Assembly (NCBI GenBank): GCA_036172245.1
Contig: JAYWIR010000112.1
Location: 62,001 to 126,000, forward strand
Length of the DNA: 64,000 nucleotides
Source of the DNA: Raillietiella orientalis
Taxonomy: Eukaryota
Direction of reading: 5' to 3'
The translations under genes were made by a program, and so were the position numbers. The notes under the pieces were generated by a model. It did no database searches, was not told the DNA's origin, and worked only from the letters and a program-made list of their open reading frames with translations. Each line of letters opens with the position of its first letter. Position 1 is the first letter of the stretch. Shown one piece after another: positions 26,760-41,412 of the stretch.

Positions 26760-27650
26760 ACGATAGGAGTTAGAAAACCCTCAGAAACGAATATTTTGTC
26801 ACCGCTTATAGACCACCTGGACACAAACACTGCGGAGGCATGGGAACTTTAAAAAAAAATCTCGAATACCGAGAAAAGGATCGCAAAATGGAAATCGAAA
26901 AATCTCTGCAATATTTTGTCTAGGGTTACCACTCCTTTTAGACATTTGGGCTGGGACGGGCTTCTGAAAGTTCCGTTGGAACAGCTGATGAGGCCTTCTG
27001 TTTTATTGGACACTCTTAGCCCTTCGTTGAAGTGGCAGGAGTCGGCGCTCGTGGGGTTGCACTGGGTTCTTCCGTGCAGCGCCCTCCGGCCCCACTGAAC
27101 ACTGGTATCGGTGAACACAAATGATTTACGGTGTAGCGAGCGTGAACCCACTGCCAACCTCTTTCAAGATTGTGTTGCCCTGGGTCCCCATTGGAACAGC
27201 GCTGCCGCGGCCCTCGGAAATCCCGGCGGCAGCCGCGGAGAGAGAATTGAAACCTTCTTCAATTGCGACGCTTTCCGGACAGCAGCTCCGTTAGCAGCCC
27301 TGTGCTGCTTCCATCAAATAGTCGCTGCTTGGAGAATGGCAACTGCAAACATGCGATAAGGGTGCCATCCTCTGTGGCGTCGAATTTCTGAGAAACGGCG
27401 GAAAGGATAGCCATACCTGGACACCCAAATGAAAGAATAGCTTGCCGGCATCTTAGGAAGAATGTAACGGCACCCGTGCTCACTGTAATCTCTTCCGTTT
27501 CCTGTCAGATGTTATATTCCAGTTGTTTTTTTACTTTGATTTTAATTTTTTTTCTGAACCAATTTTGCTGTGGTGGTGGCCCGAACCGGCCTGCAAACCG
27601 GTGACAAGATAGGCTCTGCGTTGTTTCTGCGTAGCTAGATTACAGGTTGA
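26760..27650 (+). mobile_element. Element J: decayed 3' part of an L1/Tx1-like LINE (ORF2 C-terminus plus part of the 3' UTR)
   Basis: The translation WDGLLKVPLEQL...LKWQESALVGLHWVLPC...RCSERE...LFQDCVALGPHW...AALCC matches the ORF2 C-termini at 56790-57330 and 51482-52060. The following T-rich tract and ACCGG..CCGGT hairpin match the element G UTR. Confidence 0.8.
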
Positions 27651-27714
27651 GCCTCAGATTTTCCATGTTTGATTCGAAGGAATGAACGCCTCGGCGCATC
27701 CGGCTGAGAAGCTG

Positions 27715-28960
27715 CATCACTTATGTAGAAGCAGCGGATTTACCGGTGGAACTGCTTCGCCGCCTCCAGATGGCTATGTCCGTGCTTAGGCATCCACCAA
27801 ACACGAATCGGATGTCCCTTGAAAGGCGGAATCATCTCGAACTCGAGGCTGTTATCTTCTGAAAGAACCGACGGCCTAAAATCTCTTCGACCCACTCGAG
27901 ATAGTGAGTGTTCCTCGAGGAACACATGGTACCTCCATGCCGTCATATCAGGGTCGATAGAAAGCAAGTTGCATGCCTTCATGGACGCGCATATCTCGTC
28001 AACCACCGACCTTTTTCTTTTGTAGGAGCTTTTCTCGCAAAGCAGGTGGAAGCAGCAATGAGATGCCCCACCGTAGGGTTTGCACGAGTGAGCAGCTAGC
28101 TCATAACGCTGCCGAACATCTCAAGTTGTACAGCCCAACGAACGGCACCGCTCGCCGCGTACACTTGGGTACGGCCAGGACGAACCTGTCGTAGCCCTTG
28201 AGTGCAAGCTGTTCCACTCTGCCATCCGCTTCCCAGGGAGCTTTGCCAGCGCTCCTGCCAAATTTGCTCGCACAAGGGAAGCCACGCCGCACGTATGTGC
28301 GACGTCGCGACGCCTCAGTAGAGCTCCGCATGAGCGCTGTTCGATTTCGCCAGCCTACCCATTGAGGAAGGAGAATCTTCTGCAGGAGCATTAAATCGAT
28401 GGCGCACACAGCGCTTGCTGCTTGTCGCCTCCAGTCGTCGTGCTGGAGACCGTTCAGTTTCCTGCACGCCACGGCAACACGACGAGAAGCCGCGATTGCT
28501 TTCATAACGACTGACAAAGCGAGGCTGTGGTGTACGTCTCACTCAGCAAAAAGGAAGTGAGCAGTACGACGAGCTGTAGGGCGCAATCGCCACCTGGCTC
28601 CACCGCGCTGCACGCCATCGAGGGCTCCTCCCCGGGTACCGAACCTGTGGGTTCCGGGTGGAGCGCTCGCCGTTCAGCGAAGAAAGTGTCACGCCAGTGG
28701 AGTTGCAAGTGCTCAGGGATGAAGTTTGCCTTCTATTCTTTTAGCACTTGTCATTTCACCGCTCCACAACCTTCCATTCGCCTTTGCATTTTCCTGCAGC
28801 ATTCTCCACTTTGTTCGTAGGGAGACTCTAGTTGACTCGTCACGGCCTCCTGGGCGTTCCTTTCGCTTTGCCTCTTATACTTGGAAATGGGGAATCCTTG
28901 ATGCCAGTCCCGAAATTCTTCTCCTTGTACAGCGTGAAGGATGCGGCGGCTTAGTGCGTC
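27715..28960 (-). mobile_element. Element K: decayed internal fragment (ORF1 tail plus ORF2 endonuclease) of the D lineage
   Basis: MKAIAASRRVAVACRKLNGLQHDDWRR..DLMLLQKI and HVFLEEHSLSRVGRR..SVLSED align with element D ORF2 (61322-62005). 28527-28700 matches 62024-62190. Confidence 0.88.
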
Positions 28961-31900
28961 ATGTGGTTTTTAAAATAACACGCAAACTTTCGTAATGCTG
29001 ATTAGCATTCATGGAAACGCTCTGAACTCTTTTTCTTTTTAACACATCCCCTTAGAGTTATAAGTGGATAGAATAGCTACCAATGAAGGATTTGATGTTC
29101 GGAGTAAAATAAAGTTTCTTCTGGAACGATACCTTCATTTTGAAGAGAAATGTGTGCGTGGAAATCTCTCTAAATACAGAGTCCATCCGCTCCTCCCCTT
29201 TGGTGTTCGAATGCATCCTTGCACACCCCTCTAAGTGCCTATTTATTTGCAGCACCGAAATTGAAATTTTCAATCACCCCATTCCTTTGAATACTCCATT
29301 TTGTCGTTGTGATTTCAAACCTTTCAAATAAGAATTCAACATTAAGAACACACCACTATTCCTACCAACACATCTGAACGCCTTATAGGTATCTTTACGA
29401 CTCTCATCCTCAAGAACATCAATACCAGCATACAGAAAACCTTTATGAGCAATGCAATGAACACACGGATGATTTTCCTTGTTTAGATTGGAATGCTGTA
29501 CTTCTGTGTGCTCGCACTGCCAAGGGAATACTCGGTTTACAGTGCTGCTTGCGTGCGTATTACTGATACGTTCACAGATGGGCACATTCAGCACAAAGTG
29601 CGCATTCGTCTTTAAAATGCACACAGACATAGTTGCATGTGTTTCTGAAAAAATGATTCGAGAAATGTATTTTTATATGCACATTTGTGAGTAATGTTTC
29701 AACACAATCTGATTCGTGAAATTCATGTTCCTTTTTGGAAAGATTTGATACGTACTGAACAGGGATTGATGCAGCACCAGAAGAAGTGGAATCGAGTAGT
29801 CACTCTTTGTTTCCTTGAGTCTTCCTTTTGGAATCGCCTGCGCTTAACTGACCAACTTCTCCGGTGATACAGTGAACCAGGTGAAGCTAGTTGATGACAC
29901 AACAGATTTAGCCTGTGAGGGTAAAGTAGAAAGTAGAAATTATGCATCTCCCAACCTTTCAAAGAATGGCCTACAGCACGGGATGGCTGATGAGATTGTT
30001 CATAGCTCATCAGATGGACCATCACCTAAAGCGAATACTCAATTCAAGATCTCTGTGAAAACATCGTATTAGCAAATTTTCTTCCTCGGGTGTAATCATA
30101 CAAGCAGCACATTCGCACCAACGAATTTATGGTTGACGAAATTACAAAGCTTGGATTTTGGATTTTCACTTATTCATTCGGGGTCGATGAGGCTCGTGAT
30201 CGTTTCTTGCAGTACGTCCATTTTAAAAAGCAGATTGAGAAGAAGCTTAGAAGTGTACCGTATGAAGGGAAGCAAAGAGGTTGCAGATAAAGTGTAGGCG
30301 TCCAATTTGCCCAATTTTAGACGTCTCACACGCAGACTTGCTGTGACGCTGGTACACAATCTCAAGGCAGCCAGTTTTCCAGCTTTCAGTCGCCGACCAG
30401 CCGATCAGCAGGCGAGAAACGCTTGTAACCAGTAGTAAGCTTTATGCTTTTTTTTGAAAGAAATTGCAGTCCATCCTTTATGGGATCACTTTGGAATATT
30501 CTGTTGTCCACCAGTATAGCCGATGAGGGAAGGAATTCTTTTCGATGAACATGAATTGCTCTCAGTGCTGCCTCACCACGAAGCCTTCGTGATACGACGG
30601 AGCAAACAATTCGCCGTCAGACCTTTGGCAGGCCTGCGGCACCGTCTGCCAGGTTTGTTCTGTCACCGGAGCCGTGAAAAATCAAGCTGCCCTCCAGGAT
30701 CGCGGTGTTGCAAGACGCTTTCCTGACACGCTCCTTTTCCACAAGACCAAAAATGGATGAGAAGAATGCCACCAACACGGAATCTTTGTGGTCCATCTCA
30801 ATCCATGACCGTGTCGATGGAACATCCGGTCGGGATGGTTCGGAGTTCCTCTTCCCGTTCCGAGGGCTGATCCGGCCTTGGGACGTGCTTCGCATCTTCT
30901 CAACAGTAGCTTCATGAAACTCTGTGATATCACAACGGTAGGCTTCGTATGTTGTCGTCAACCCATTCCCGCACAGAGGTCCGCACAGGGGCATGCGTGG
31001 TCGAGGGTGCCGGACCTGACACGCTTCTCGACCCACGGATTAGTGACATGCACCCCACACATATCGTATTGACTTTTCGGCGCAGACTTAGAAAACGCTC
31101 CGTCTAAATGCAGACAAATCAGAAAGGATTTTGCCTCCTGTATGGTGTCATCCTACAGTTCGATAGCTGCAATCGCGGCTCACACAACCCCTTTTCAAAG
31201 TCAACTTTGTTTCGATAGTTATCACAGTTGAAGGGAGCGTACGCGTTGGTCATGATCAGGTTCATTGTGACAGGTCACTTGAACGCCGGTGACCTATCCG
31301 ACTTTCCTCTTCGGAGAAAGCAATTGGCTTTCCCAACTCAGGTGAGGAAGGGAACATGCGATTCCAAAAATGTATGCAAAATCCCAATTCTCCTCCAAGG
31401 ATTGCTTCTCAGGACTGTTCCACGTCGCAAATGATCTGCATGGTGAAAGAGAGCACCTCCTTCACAAGCAGTAGGTCGGCCACTGAGGTTCCACGCACTT
31501 TCGAAGGTTGTGTTCATGGTGGTTTTCCACCTGGATGCGCTAGGTATGTATTTATTTTCTTCTTTAACAGGAAAGCGCACCGAAACGTTCCAAAGTGGCT
31601 CGGATCTGCCACGTTTATTACATGCAATACCTGCCGACATATCGGGATGCACACGAGGGAAAAAACCTCGGCAGATTAGGCATAAGGGGAAGGAAAACCA
31701 AACGAAAGCTACAAAAATGTAAATCTAAGTTACATATGCGAATGGATCGGAAAGTGACAGTTACAAGTGCCCACAGATTCTGATCTTCTCATTGTGCCTG
31801 AGAAGAGGACTCCGTGTTCCACGCTTATCTACCTGGAGTGGCAAATCGCACAGTAGGAGGAAAAATATTAATCAGGAACTCATCTTCAAATACTGTGGCT

Positions 31901-34900
31901 GAACACGGTTCCCTGTGCTTTCCTTCAGATACTCGTCAGCTTCCCAACTCTTCGTCACTGGAAATTACTTTCCCTTTAAAAACTCTGGAATGCCTTCCTC
32001 CGTTCGATCCAAGTAATTTTATTGCGCGTACTTCGTTTCGGCATCACAAGTGGTTATTTGATACTCTAAATCCCGTTAGGAACTTTGCAAAGACCTGTGA
32101 CCCTTCGAAAGCTACAGGTCCGAGAACGTTATGTCATGGAGAAAGGTGTTACTAGTCTCTAGACAAATAGGAAGCCGCAATCCTCCTTAGGCGTCGTCTT
32201 GGTCACTGAGACTGCTCTTGGTATTGCACTTTCCTCCATTGTGTTCTTCTCGGTACCATTTTCTTCGTAAGCAAAGCTCCTTCTGGTACGCTTCTGGCTT
32301 TTTTGTGCCCAAGATCTTTTTGCGAGGACTTGTCCTTGTCGTGCACCTATTTCAGTTTCATTAGTTTGACACGTTGCCTACAAATGAAAAATTTTCGCGG
32401 CTTTACTGCAGCGGGAGAGCCTGATGTTCGTTTCCTTTGACCTTACAGAGTGCACAACTTTGGGCCTGACGAAGTAAAACCTGACGATTTCTTTGTTACG
32501 GCATAGTTCCTCTAAGATGGGTGACGTATTCGCTGCACGCGTACGCATTTCTTCCAGCCCACTGTACGTGCTGAAAGCCTGGTGTAACACTTTCTTGGTG
32601 GCGACCATCATGAACAGCACCGAACTATGATAGTTTGGTCGCCACCGCAACTTTCTGCTTATCGGCAGCAATCCTCCTAAATGGTGCAACAGGAAATCGC
32701 CCTAGGGATAGAAGAGGTCACATCTCACCTTTCTATATACATTGATTTCTTTAGTATGCAGTGTACCAACGCTGTAGTTATACTGCAGGGCTCGATTAAA
32801 GTACCGCTACCAGCCCTTACCAGCACTCTTCAAGCTCTCTGGAAAACGTTGAAATTCCTGAAGGATCGAAATGGAAAAGGAGTTTGATACCTGATGTACT
32901 TGTATTTAAGAGGAACTGTTGCATCCATGGACCTCAAGACCAAAAGAAGTCCTGGTCAGCAGGCATATGTTTTTATCCCTGCTGATTGAGGCAGCCATGA
33001 CTTTCAAAGGCATCTCCAATGAAGCTTTTGTCACAAGGAAATAATCGGACCCAACTATTGAAGAGTCAGTTCATGTTCAGGGCTCATCGGAAATGTGAAA
33101 CCTCTCTTTGCCATCCAGGCCTCACTTGAAATGAAAAGCGTTGCACACCTGTAGGATCAGCCGACCAACATGCGCACAGAGAGGGCGACAGACACCATCG
33201 TCTCTTTGGCTCAACCAGGAGAGAAGACATTTCTTGTAGAGTACGTACCAATTTACCTAACCACCAGAGGGGATGTTATTGCCCTAGAATGTGGACCTGC
33301 AGCGTTTTTCTGCTCGCTCGCTCGGCGACTGAGCTGCTTCCACACCTTGCAACATTCGAAAGAGCTACTTCCCCTCCGGCTGAAGTTCTTCCTCTCAGAG
33401 TAGACAGGGCTGTGAGAAGCTTTCGCCTAAGTGATCGAGGAGAAAGCTTAACTAGAAAGGTTGATTGTCATCGAGAAGAATTTCCGAGCCAGCGACGTGA
33501 ATCCCGAAAGAGAAGCCATCCACCTCCCCGATGTGCGTAGCGTCTGGTCTGCTCCTGTTGAAAAGAGAAGACGTCGCTCAGCGAGCTCCAGAACTTCAAA
33601 GCACTCGTGTGATCGTAAGACCTCACAGTGGATTGACTTGCTAAATACTTATTATGCGGAAAAAAATACTCCCTTCTATTTGAAAGAGATTGCATGAGAA
33701 CAAAATGGAAGCGGTTGCCAATACGCGGTGATTCCTTTTTTTTTCCCGCTACCTCATTGCAGCGAACCAAATGTGCTCGAGCCATCCCGTAACAGTATGA
33801 TCTACAAAATCCATGTGATTTACTGCGGAATAGGAATGACTTCAAAACATATGTTCTTGGTACGTAAGGCGGAATTCCTCTTTATCTTTGATTACCTTGT
33901 ATTTGGATTTTGTTTGAATGAGTTGCTGCTTTCAGGGAACATGTAAGGGCAGGCCGGCTTCCAGGCTCTTTCAGGCAGTTTTATCTGACCAACTACGAAA
34001 CGGTGTGCAGCTGTCTACCCGAAACCTTTGCGATATTTCTCTCCGGCGAGGAACGAATGCGACCTAGAAAATGGGATTGCCATCTGTGAGGATATTGCCG
34101 GTTTTCTTTTTCAGCACTTGCGTCTAGGTTTGAGGATTTCGTGATAACTGAATGTGGGCTGACCTAATTGTGTAGCCGGAAACACTTGTTCAACGGTGGA
34201 ATCTGCATTTATGCTCAATAAATAGCTCTCACCTTGCTGTTCACCATTACAGCTTACGTGGCGTCTTGTTGCCGCATCGAAGTCTCCAGTGGGCATCAGT
34301 AGGCAATCCACAGAAATCCGGCGAAATGATTCTTCCTAGGATGCAAATGGTGAGAATATTTTCAATCCTTCTCTCCTCAGTTAGGCGGACGGTAATAACA
34401 TGCGTGCCCACTCTTTAGTGGAACTAGCGCATAGTGGCAAAGCTTCGACCGGTCGACTTGTTTCCTTCAAAGTTTTTCTCCTCCTTCACAACACAAAGTC
34501 GGCAACTGAGTGCTCCTCGGCCTGCATCTTTGGATGCTTGAGCAGTCAGTCTTCTACTTCCACGGTTGCCAACCGCGATTCGAGACTCCTGGCAGTTCGT
34601 TCCTTCTATGCGGATTGGCACTCCTAATCGTTTCTCGAACCGCTGTGGGATGCAACACGCGCGTTGCCACTACTCACAGATAGCACCGTTAGATGCGGGT
34701 TGTGCTCAACTTTGATCCTACCTTGCATCATTACGATCAGAATTTTGATACTATCCTTTCGGATGACATGACGACGTTATTTGTTAAACTCTCAAGCTAA
34801 TGCGGAAACGCGCTTGCGGGTCCAAAAATGAAGACTCCTCAGGTAAGATTTCATCATCAGAAGACTCAAAGCTATGCAGTGCGATGCTGAGGACGCCTTA

Positions 34901-37900
34901 CCAGTGAAGTGTGAAACTTCAGAAGGCTTCCGATATTGAAATGCATCTCGGGATGACATGGCAGCATTCTATTAAGCGCATAGACAAGGAACTGTACATC
35001 TCAGCAAGAATCCTTGCGTTGTTCTAATGTAACCGCAAGGAATGAGCTGCGCTGTAATATCGAGAAACACTGTTTGTTTCTGACGAAGACACCCACGCGC
35101 GTGGGGAATCGAGGTGGGTTCATGCCAATTGGGTTCTTTTGGTACATCGAATCCTGGATCCTTCCATGGATCAAGCACAACGTTGAAAAATTTTTGCAAA
35201 AAGATGGATCGTACATTTCAGCTGCTCCTGCAGGCGCCATTTCTTCTCTTGGAAATCAGCATGTCTGCCGCAAACGATTTGAGGTTGCACGTGCCCTGGA
35301 ATCATCTCAAATTCCGGAATTCCACTGGAAACTGTTCGTTCACCTTGCAAATTCAAAAGCAATACGGTGCGTATGTGGATGTTTGCACGCTAGGATGGGG
35401 ACCCGATACACGGCCAACGGAAAGTGAAGAACGATGCTCCCTCGGTGTCACGGTAAGATAACAATACGCTATGAGAAATTTGGTATCGCATTTCACAGAC
35501 AGACGGCGATGTCCCGAGGGATTTAAGTGTCTATTTCAAAGGAAGTCCATGTAATCGTCATGCTGTTTGCAGATTCACACCTCAAAAAGGGTAAGAGACC
35601 TTCCTATTTCGGCATAGGAGCATGCACGCTGCTTTCCCTCCTTTGCATTAATATTTCCTCACGAATACGACATGCAATTCAAATTCGGACTTCTGTTCTG
35701 CGCCTCGATGAGATTTTCATGACAGGATAAACGTGCAACTCTTTGCTTCTTAATTTCCTCATTTTTAAAGGAACGAATGCATGTCGATGATCAGCGATGC
35801 TTTGTTTTCGTGGTGCTTTCATCACTCCTGATAAACCTGCAAGGAAATGGACCCTCGCAACTGTAAAAAAGTTGACTGCGTGGCTCGGGGCGGCAAACTT
35901 CACATTACGATTTTTCCCGATCTGAACACAGTTTTTGAAATGCAAATGAGAAAGTACAAATGCAAACTTCTCATGAGAATGATTCAATGCGTTCGCCAAA
36001 CACGCGGAATGAGAGCATCCAAATCCAACATTGCTGGACAGACTTCTTTTTCAATGAGCTTTTATTTTATTTTATCAAAACTTCATTTATTTCAGTAACC
36101 CTGAAGAGTTGGAGCATACCCTGCGAATATCAACTCCGTTCAGTGTATCATGCGATTTTCATAAAAACTCCTCATGCTGGCTGGAATTTAAGCCAGATGG
36201 AATATAGTCAGGTCCAGACAATGGCGTGGAACATTACCCTGAAGTATACCCTGCAAGCAACCGATAATGAGAGAAAAACCTATCTTCTTTGGCTTTGCAA
36301 TGAGGAAATAAACCGTTTACCGATCTTATTTATTGCATTTTCTAATTTGGCTGAACCATCGAAGAAGCCCATCAATCCACAGAGTATTCAAACGTAAGAC
36401 CACCAGGTCTGTGCCTTACGTTTCTAGTCCCAAGTAACTGCAGTGCACACATTGATGGCAGTTCGCGAGTGGGGTGCGTCCGGAAGAAAGATCATCTGAT
36501 CATCTGACCTGCTTGCGGACACCTTCAGTGCTCTTTCTGGAAGTCATGCAGATGCGCCCAATTGATGGCTCCCTACGCAGATATTTCTCGGCAGAGGCAC
36601 AGCATGCTGCTTCATGAATGGGGAGCGAACTCGCTGCTTCGCCGTTTGAAAGCATTCGCGGCGATGGGTGGGTTTCCAGAATCTCCCGTCTGCGGCAAGC
36701 AGCCCAATGGCTATCAATGCACGGAATCGCACGCAACCGACCAGCCAAGTTTACGCCCGTCAGGCATAAGCAATCACGGCTTTACGCTGCTGCTATGCGT
36801 GTCCGAAAATTGGTTAACTGATACGAGAAGCGCGAATGTTGCACCTCATAATGGAATTGTGATCGTAATCTGCACACCAATCCCGAGAATCATAGCGTTG
36901 CTTCCATATTCCGTGTGATTCAGCTAAGTCTGAGATGAGCACGTGAGAACCTCTCCGGAGTTTTTGTATGCAACCTGGAATCGCATCTGCGAAATTATAG
37001 CGAGAATTGCAAGTATTCTTCAGCTTCTGGATCACTTGGATGAAAACAACCAAAGTTATGTGTCTCAATGGAGCATTTGTCTGCATTCTCCGGAATGCAA
37101 CCTTGAGATGAGATAGAATGAGCTTCCTTTTTGAGTTGCACGTATACTACTCTCAGAAGTGTGCCTAAACAGAAAGTTCTGGATTTGACTCCAGTAATCT
37201 CTTCTGTTTCGAGCCAGACTTGAAGTCAGCACTCGGGAAATGATGAAGGTTTTGCCAGGCTTCTGCAGCGCTCACCTTAGTTCTTGCAGTGAGATGATCC
37301 CCATTCAGTTTCTGCTTGAAACTTGCGAGTTCTTCTGCAGATCATGCATGGGAAACATCGCGAGCACGACTGCTCCATCTTCCATACTTCCTACAGAGGA
37401 TGCATCGTAGGCGTCTTCGCGGTGAATTGGAAGAATTCGCGCATCTACTGTGTTTCTGGTGGAAAAACTTTCGATGGAACACGACGACCTACCCCCATTC
37501 CTTCTTACCAAGTTCTCGCCAGCTGGGAATTCCAGGGGCGATGGAGACGTTTCGCGTGCCCTGCGTACCCCAGAGATAAGCAGAGGCAATCTGTCACCGA
37601 TTCTTCATTCCCATGAATTCTCTGAAGTATCTCCAAAAATCTTCTTCGCTCTATTTTCTGCTTCCTTGTCTCCGGCCACCTGCACCATAAACAGTCTCGC
37701 CACCTAATGTCCTCTCCTTCCCTTGATGATTCACCATCCCATTGCGAACTTTAATACAACTATCTCCATCCATCACATTTCTTCAGTCTTACTTACCCCA
37801 TACACGCAATATGGAAACGAAAGACATCGTCTCCTCTCCCTTCACTTACCAAAACCATAATTCTCAAAGTTCAATCCATGTGGTTTCATCAAGGTCACCC

Positions 37901-38829
37901 ATGGAAACATTCTCTCTTTAATATTCCAAAATCGGCCCATCATTCTCACACCTCCATTTCCACGTGTTGCCATGGAAGCAGCTGTAGGACTTATTCAAGG
38001 TTATATAGCCTTTCTACCCGAAACTCTCAACGTACAAAAGTTTTTTCGATATCAATACACCCACTGCCTGTTTTTAACCCTTGAAGCAGAACTCAGCACT
38101 CACACTTTCTCAGCCCCACCAAAAATTCTTTAACTAATCTTTACATACGCATGAAGACACTCTTTTTTATGTCACAAATTTAGGTACATTTATCCAGCAG
38201 AACAGCAGTTTGAATTTCTGTGTATATTTGCAAAAATTAAAATTTGCACCCAACACTGCAACATTCAAATCCATTCTGTGAAGAGCTGTCTTACCCATTG
38301 CTTTCTTTTGAACATTCCTCAATGTTGGATTGAGGGAAAAGTGAGAATTCACCTTCTGCAAACCCTCGTTTAACAGAATTTCTATGGATGAGATGCAGTG
38401 GTCTTTGCTCGACAGTATTCACGGCTATGGTATTCCGAAGTACTTCAGTAATTGCTTAGCTTCTTTGTTTTACTCTCATTTTATTTAGAATTTTATTTTT
38501 TCACATACCCATATCCACTGTTTTTTCCTTGAGGTCTCTCTGCGTAACTCACACATCATCGATGTCGAGTGAGTGTTCCTCCTTCCAATTCTATGTTTAT
38601 GATCATGTTGAATTTCAATATATAAGTTTATTACTAAGAAAGAATAAGCCGCACCCTTAATATAACATAGAAAGCACACATTTACTATTTAAAAGGAACA
38701 CCCTCAGACAAATTTACAACTGATTTGAACTCAGGCATACCACTGTTAAGGCTATTCATTTCCTCAAATCAAAACACCTCAGAATTTCAGTAGACTGTCC
38801 TTCAGACTGCTTGGCACTTTGAGAATTTC

Positions 38830-41039
38830 GTCGCAATGGTAAGCTCCCAGGAGAAATTCAATACTGAATAGTAAGTAAAGATCATTCGGATCGGCGTTCG
38901 CGAGGAACCTTTTGCCATACTGCCTGCGGGCAGGATTGAATATACGAAGACACGGTACTCAAACGCGGCACTCGTGCTGCGTCTTCGGGGAGGGAATGCC
39001 CCTCACCGAAGTTCCTTTATCGCAAAGATTCCGGACACAGAAGAATGAATTGCCCGGAACTTGCTAGAAATTGGTTCCCATCGGCACTTTCACATGGTCA
39101 AAGAGACCACAGCAGAAAAAGTCGCTGCCCCTCAGAAGGAGTCGGGTCCGCGAAGACAGCCAAACAGCGGAGCAATGCGCGGCTATTGAAACAGGCATCC
39201 TTGTCGGAAACGCCCTGAAAGGACGAAATCGCGGCGGGGAAGCCAACAAAGAAGGGCGCAAGGGCTTGGCTGTTACCGGCCCCGCCCCCGCCACCGAACG
39301 CGGAAACAGCACTCTGCGCGAGATGTCAGAAAACTGCGGGAAAGTGATGCACAGAAAGGCGGCACCAATGGGAAAACTTCTGGCGCCGTTCCGTTGTCCG
39401 CTTTGGCTGCTCCGAAACCCCGAAGCATCGCATAAGCCGCGCACATGGAAAACAAAGCCGTAAGCAGAGGATGGGAAAAATACGCCGGAGGACGCCGCTG
39501 CATCTCTGTCGCGGCAGAAGGAGAGCAATCTCCCAACTGCTACCGAGATGTCGCAATTGCCAAATTTAAAAAGTAAGCCGACCGCAACACCCCAGGAGGA
39601 AGTGGCGACACACCTAGAGTCTCCCGCATTGAAAGTCGCAAAAGCTTTAGGAAAATGTAAAGGCGCATGGAAGGCTGTAGATTAGAGAAAGGAAAAAACT
39701 CCAAAAAAATACCTGCAACATCCATCCCTGAGTACTTGAAAAGCAAGGAACAGCTGTTCAATTAAAAGCACTCGTGCAGTGGCTCCTCCTGCCTTTGTAA
39801 ACTCCAGCGCCGCCAACGGGTGTAATTGCACTGTGAGCGCAGGCAATACAATTCCGGTGAAAGCAGGCGGAGGCGAACGCACGTTGTTCAGAGAGGATGA
39901 GACTCCGTAAAGTGGTTCGATAGTGCCTCTAAACGACGCGTTACGCTCACTGAAGCGGAAGTCTGCAAAGCTGAAGTCTTCAGAAGTGAAGCACTTTCCG
40001 CAAAATGGTGAGGGCACACCCTGGAACCCAAAGATTCGCTACCCGGGTAGGAGCACTCGAGCACGTGCAGCACTGTGAAGTCCCTTGGCGACCGTGCCCT
40101 TCAACCCGCCGTGCTGCTTACTGCCCGTTCTTCCGACGGGGCAAGCACCACGGCCTCTCATTCCCAAACATACTGAAGGCATTTGCGCCTTCTCGACGTG
40201 TTGCCGTGGCGTCTTGGAACGTCAACGGACTCCAGCACGACCAGAATAGGCGTCTAGTGGCAGGAGCTCAGCGCACCTTCGACTTAACGCTCCTGCAGGA
40301 GATTCACATCATCTCCGACGAGCAGGCCGCGAAAATGAAACGGCCCTCGGGCATGAAGCTTCTTTGGCGGTGCGGCGTCGACATCCTCGTAGGAGGAACT
40401 TCGGCGAGAGCGGTGCACAGTGCTCTCTTCGACATGGAAGGCCAACTGGGATAGCCCGTACGCAATTGGTCCTACTCAGTCGACCTGGTCGTATCGAACG
40501 TGTGCTCGACGAGCGGTGCTGGACAATGGGCCGGAAGGATTGACATCTGCAGTACCCTTCAGAGCCACTGGCTTCCTCTTTCTCACCCTAGAGTGGCTCA
40601 TCTCATTTCTGGGTACTTGAACGTCCACCAGCTTTCTGAGTGGGGCTTACACAAATGGGAAATGTTGCATGAAGACGAGATGTGCAAGTCCATGCACGCG
40701 TAGAACTTGCTCGCTCGCTACTCTGATATGGCGGCATTGCCGGACCATGTTTTCCTCGATGCTTTCTCGTGTGGGTGGGAGAGGTCCCATGCCGTCCGTG
40801 CTTTCAGATCACAACAGGCTCAAGTTCGAGTTGCTCCCGCCAAGCAAGGGGCCTCCGAACACTGTTAGAAGGATGGCGAAGGACTGGCCTAGCCACCCGG
40901 AGACGGCGCAGTATCTCCACCAGTAGCTTCACGGCATCGCCATAAAGGAGCTCTCGGACTGAGACGATGTGAAAAGATCGATTCGCTAGTTCTGCTGCTG
41001 GTTTTCCTTGTGCAAGCTACCGCGTTGCTTCGGAGAGGG
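38830..41039 (+). mobile_element. Element I: decayed, internally deleted LINE of the D lineage (ORF1 remnant plus endonuclease)
   Basis: 38888-38985 matches D ORF1 RIGVREE..PAGR..TK.R..NAALV.RL, then jumps to the second knuckle. 40170 onward reads SRRVAVASWNVNGLQHD..FDLTLLQEIH..VLSDHNRL. It is cut at 41039 by element H. Confidence 0.88.
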
Positions 41040-41412
41040 TTTTTCACCCGGGTGAGCCGGGGCTTTTATTATGAAAAATTTTACAAGAAAATTTTATAAA
41101 AAAGTCTTAATTTTTGCCACGTAAAGTTTTCCCTTGTTTTGTTTTTCAGTCGGGACACATGGTCCGACTGTCTTGAGGCACTTGTCCTTACCAACCCGCA
41201 GGCCGATAAGGTCCTCTACACTGGCTCAGGGGCAGAAAAAACAGAAATAAAACAAAAAAAAAGAAAACGCCTGGGGAGACAATGTTTTTGGGAGGGAAGG
41301 GGGAAGGGAAGGGATCACGGTACGCCATGAGGAGGCCTCTGCATCCGGTTCCGGATGAGAACAAGTGCCGGTAAATGGTGTTGAAGTCAGCGCCAACGGC
41401 AGGCCTTCTCCC
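41040..41412 (-). mobile_element. Element H: antisense 3' end of a LINE (last ORF2 codons, 3' UTR, terminus), E lineage
   Basis: The reverse complement matches 44730-45116 and ends AATAAAAGCCCCGGCTCACCCGGGTGAAAAA. Confidence 0.9.

Noticed and set aside
36814..37086. DEAD-box-like phrase (QVIQKL..IQKLRRGSHVLIS)
   Set aside because: No diagnostic helicase motifs (GKT, PTRELA, TPGR, DEAD) nearby, so the resemblance is too weak.
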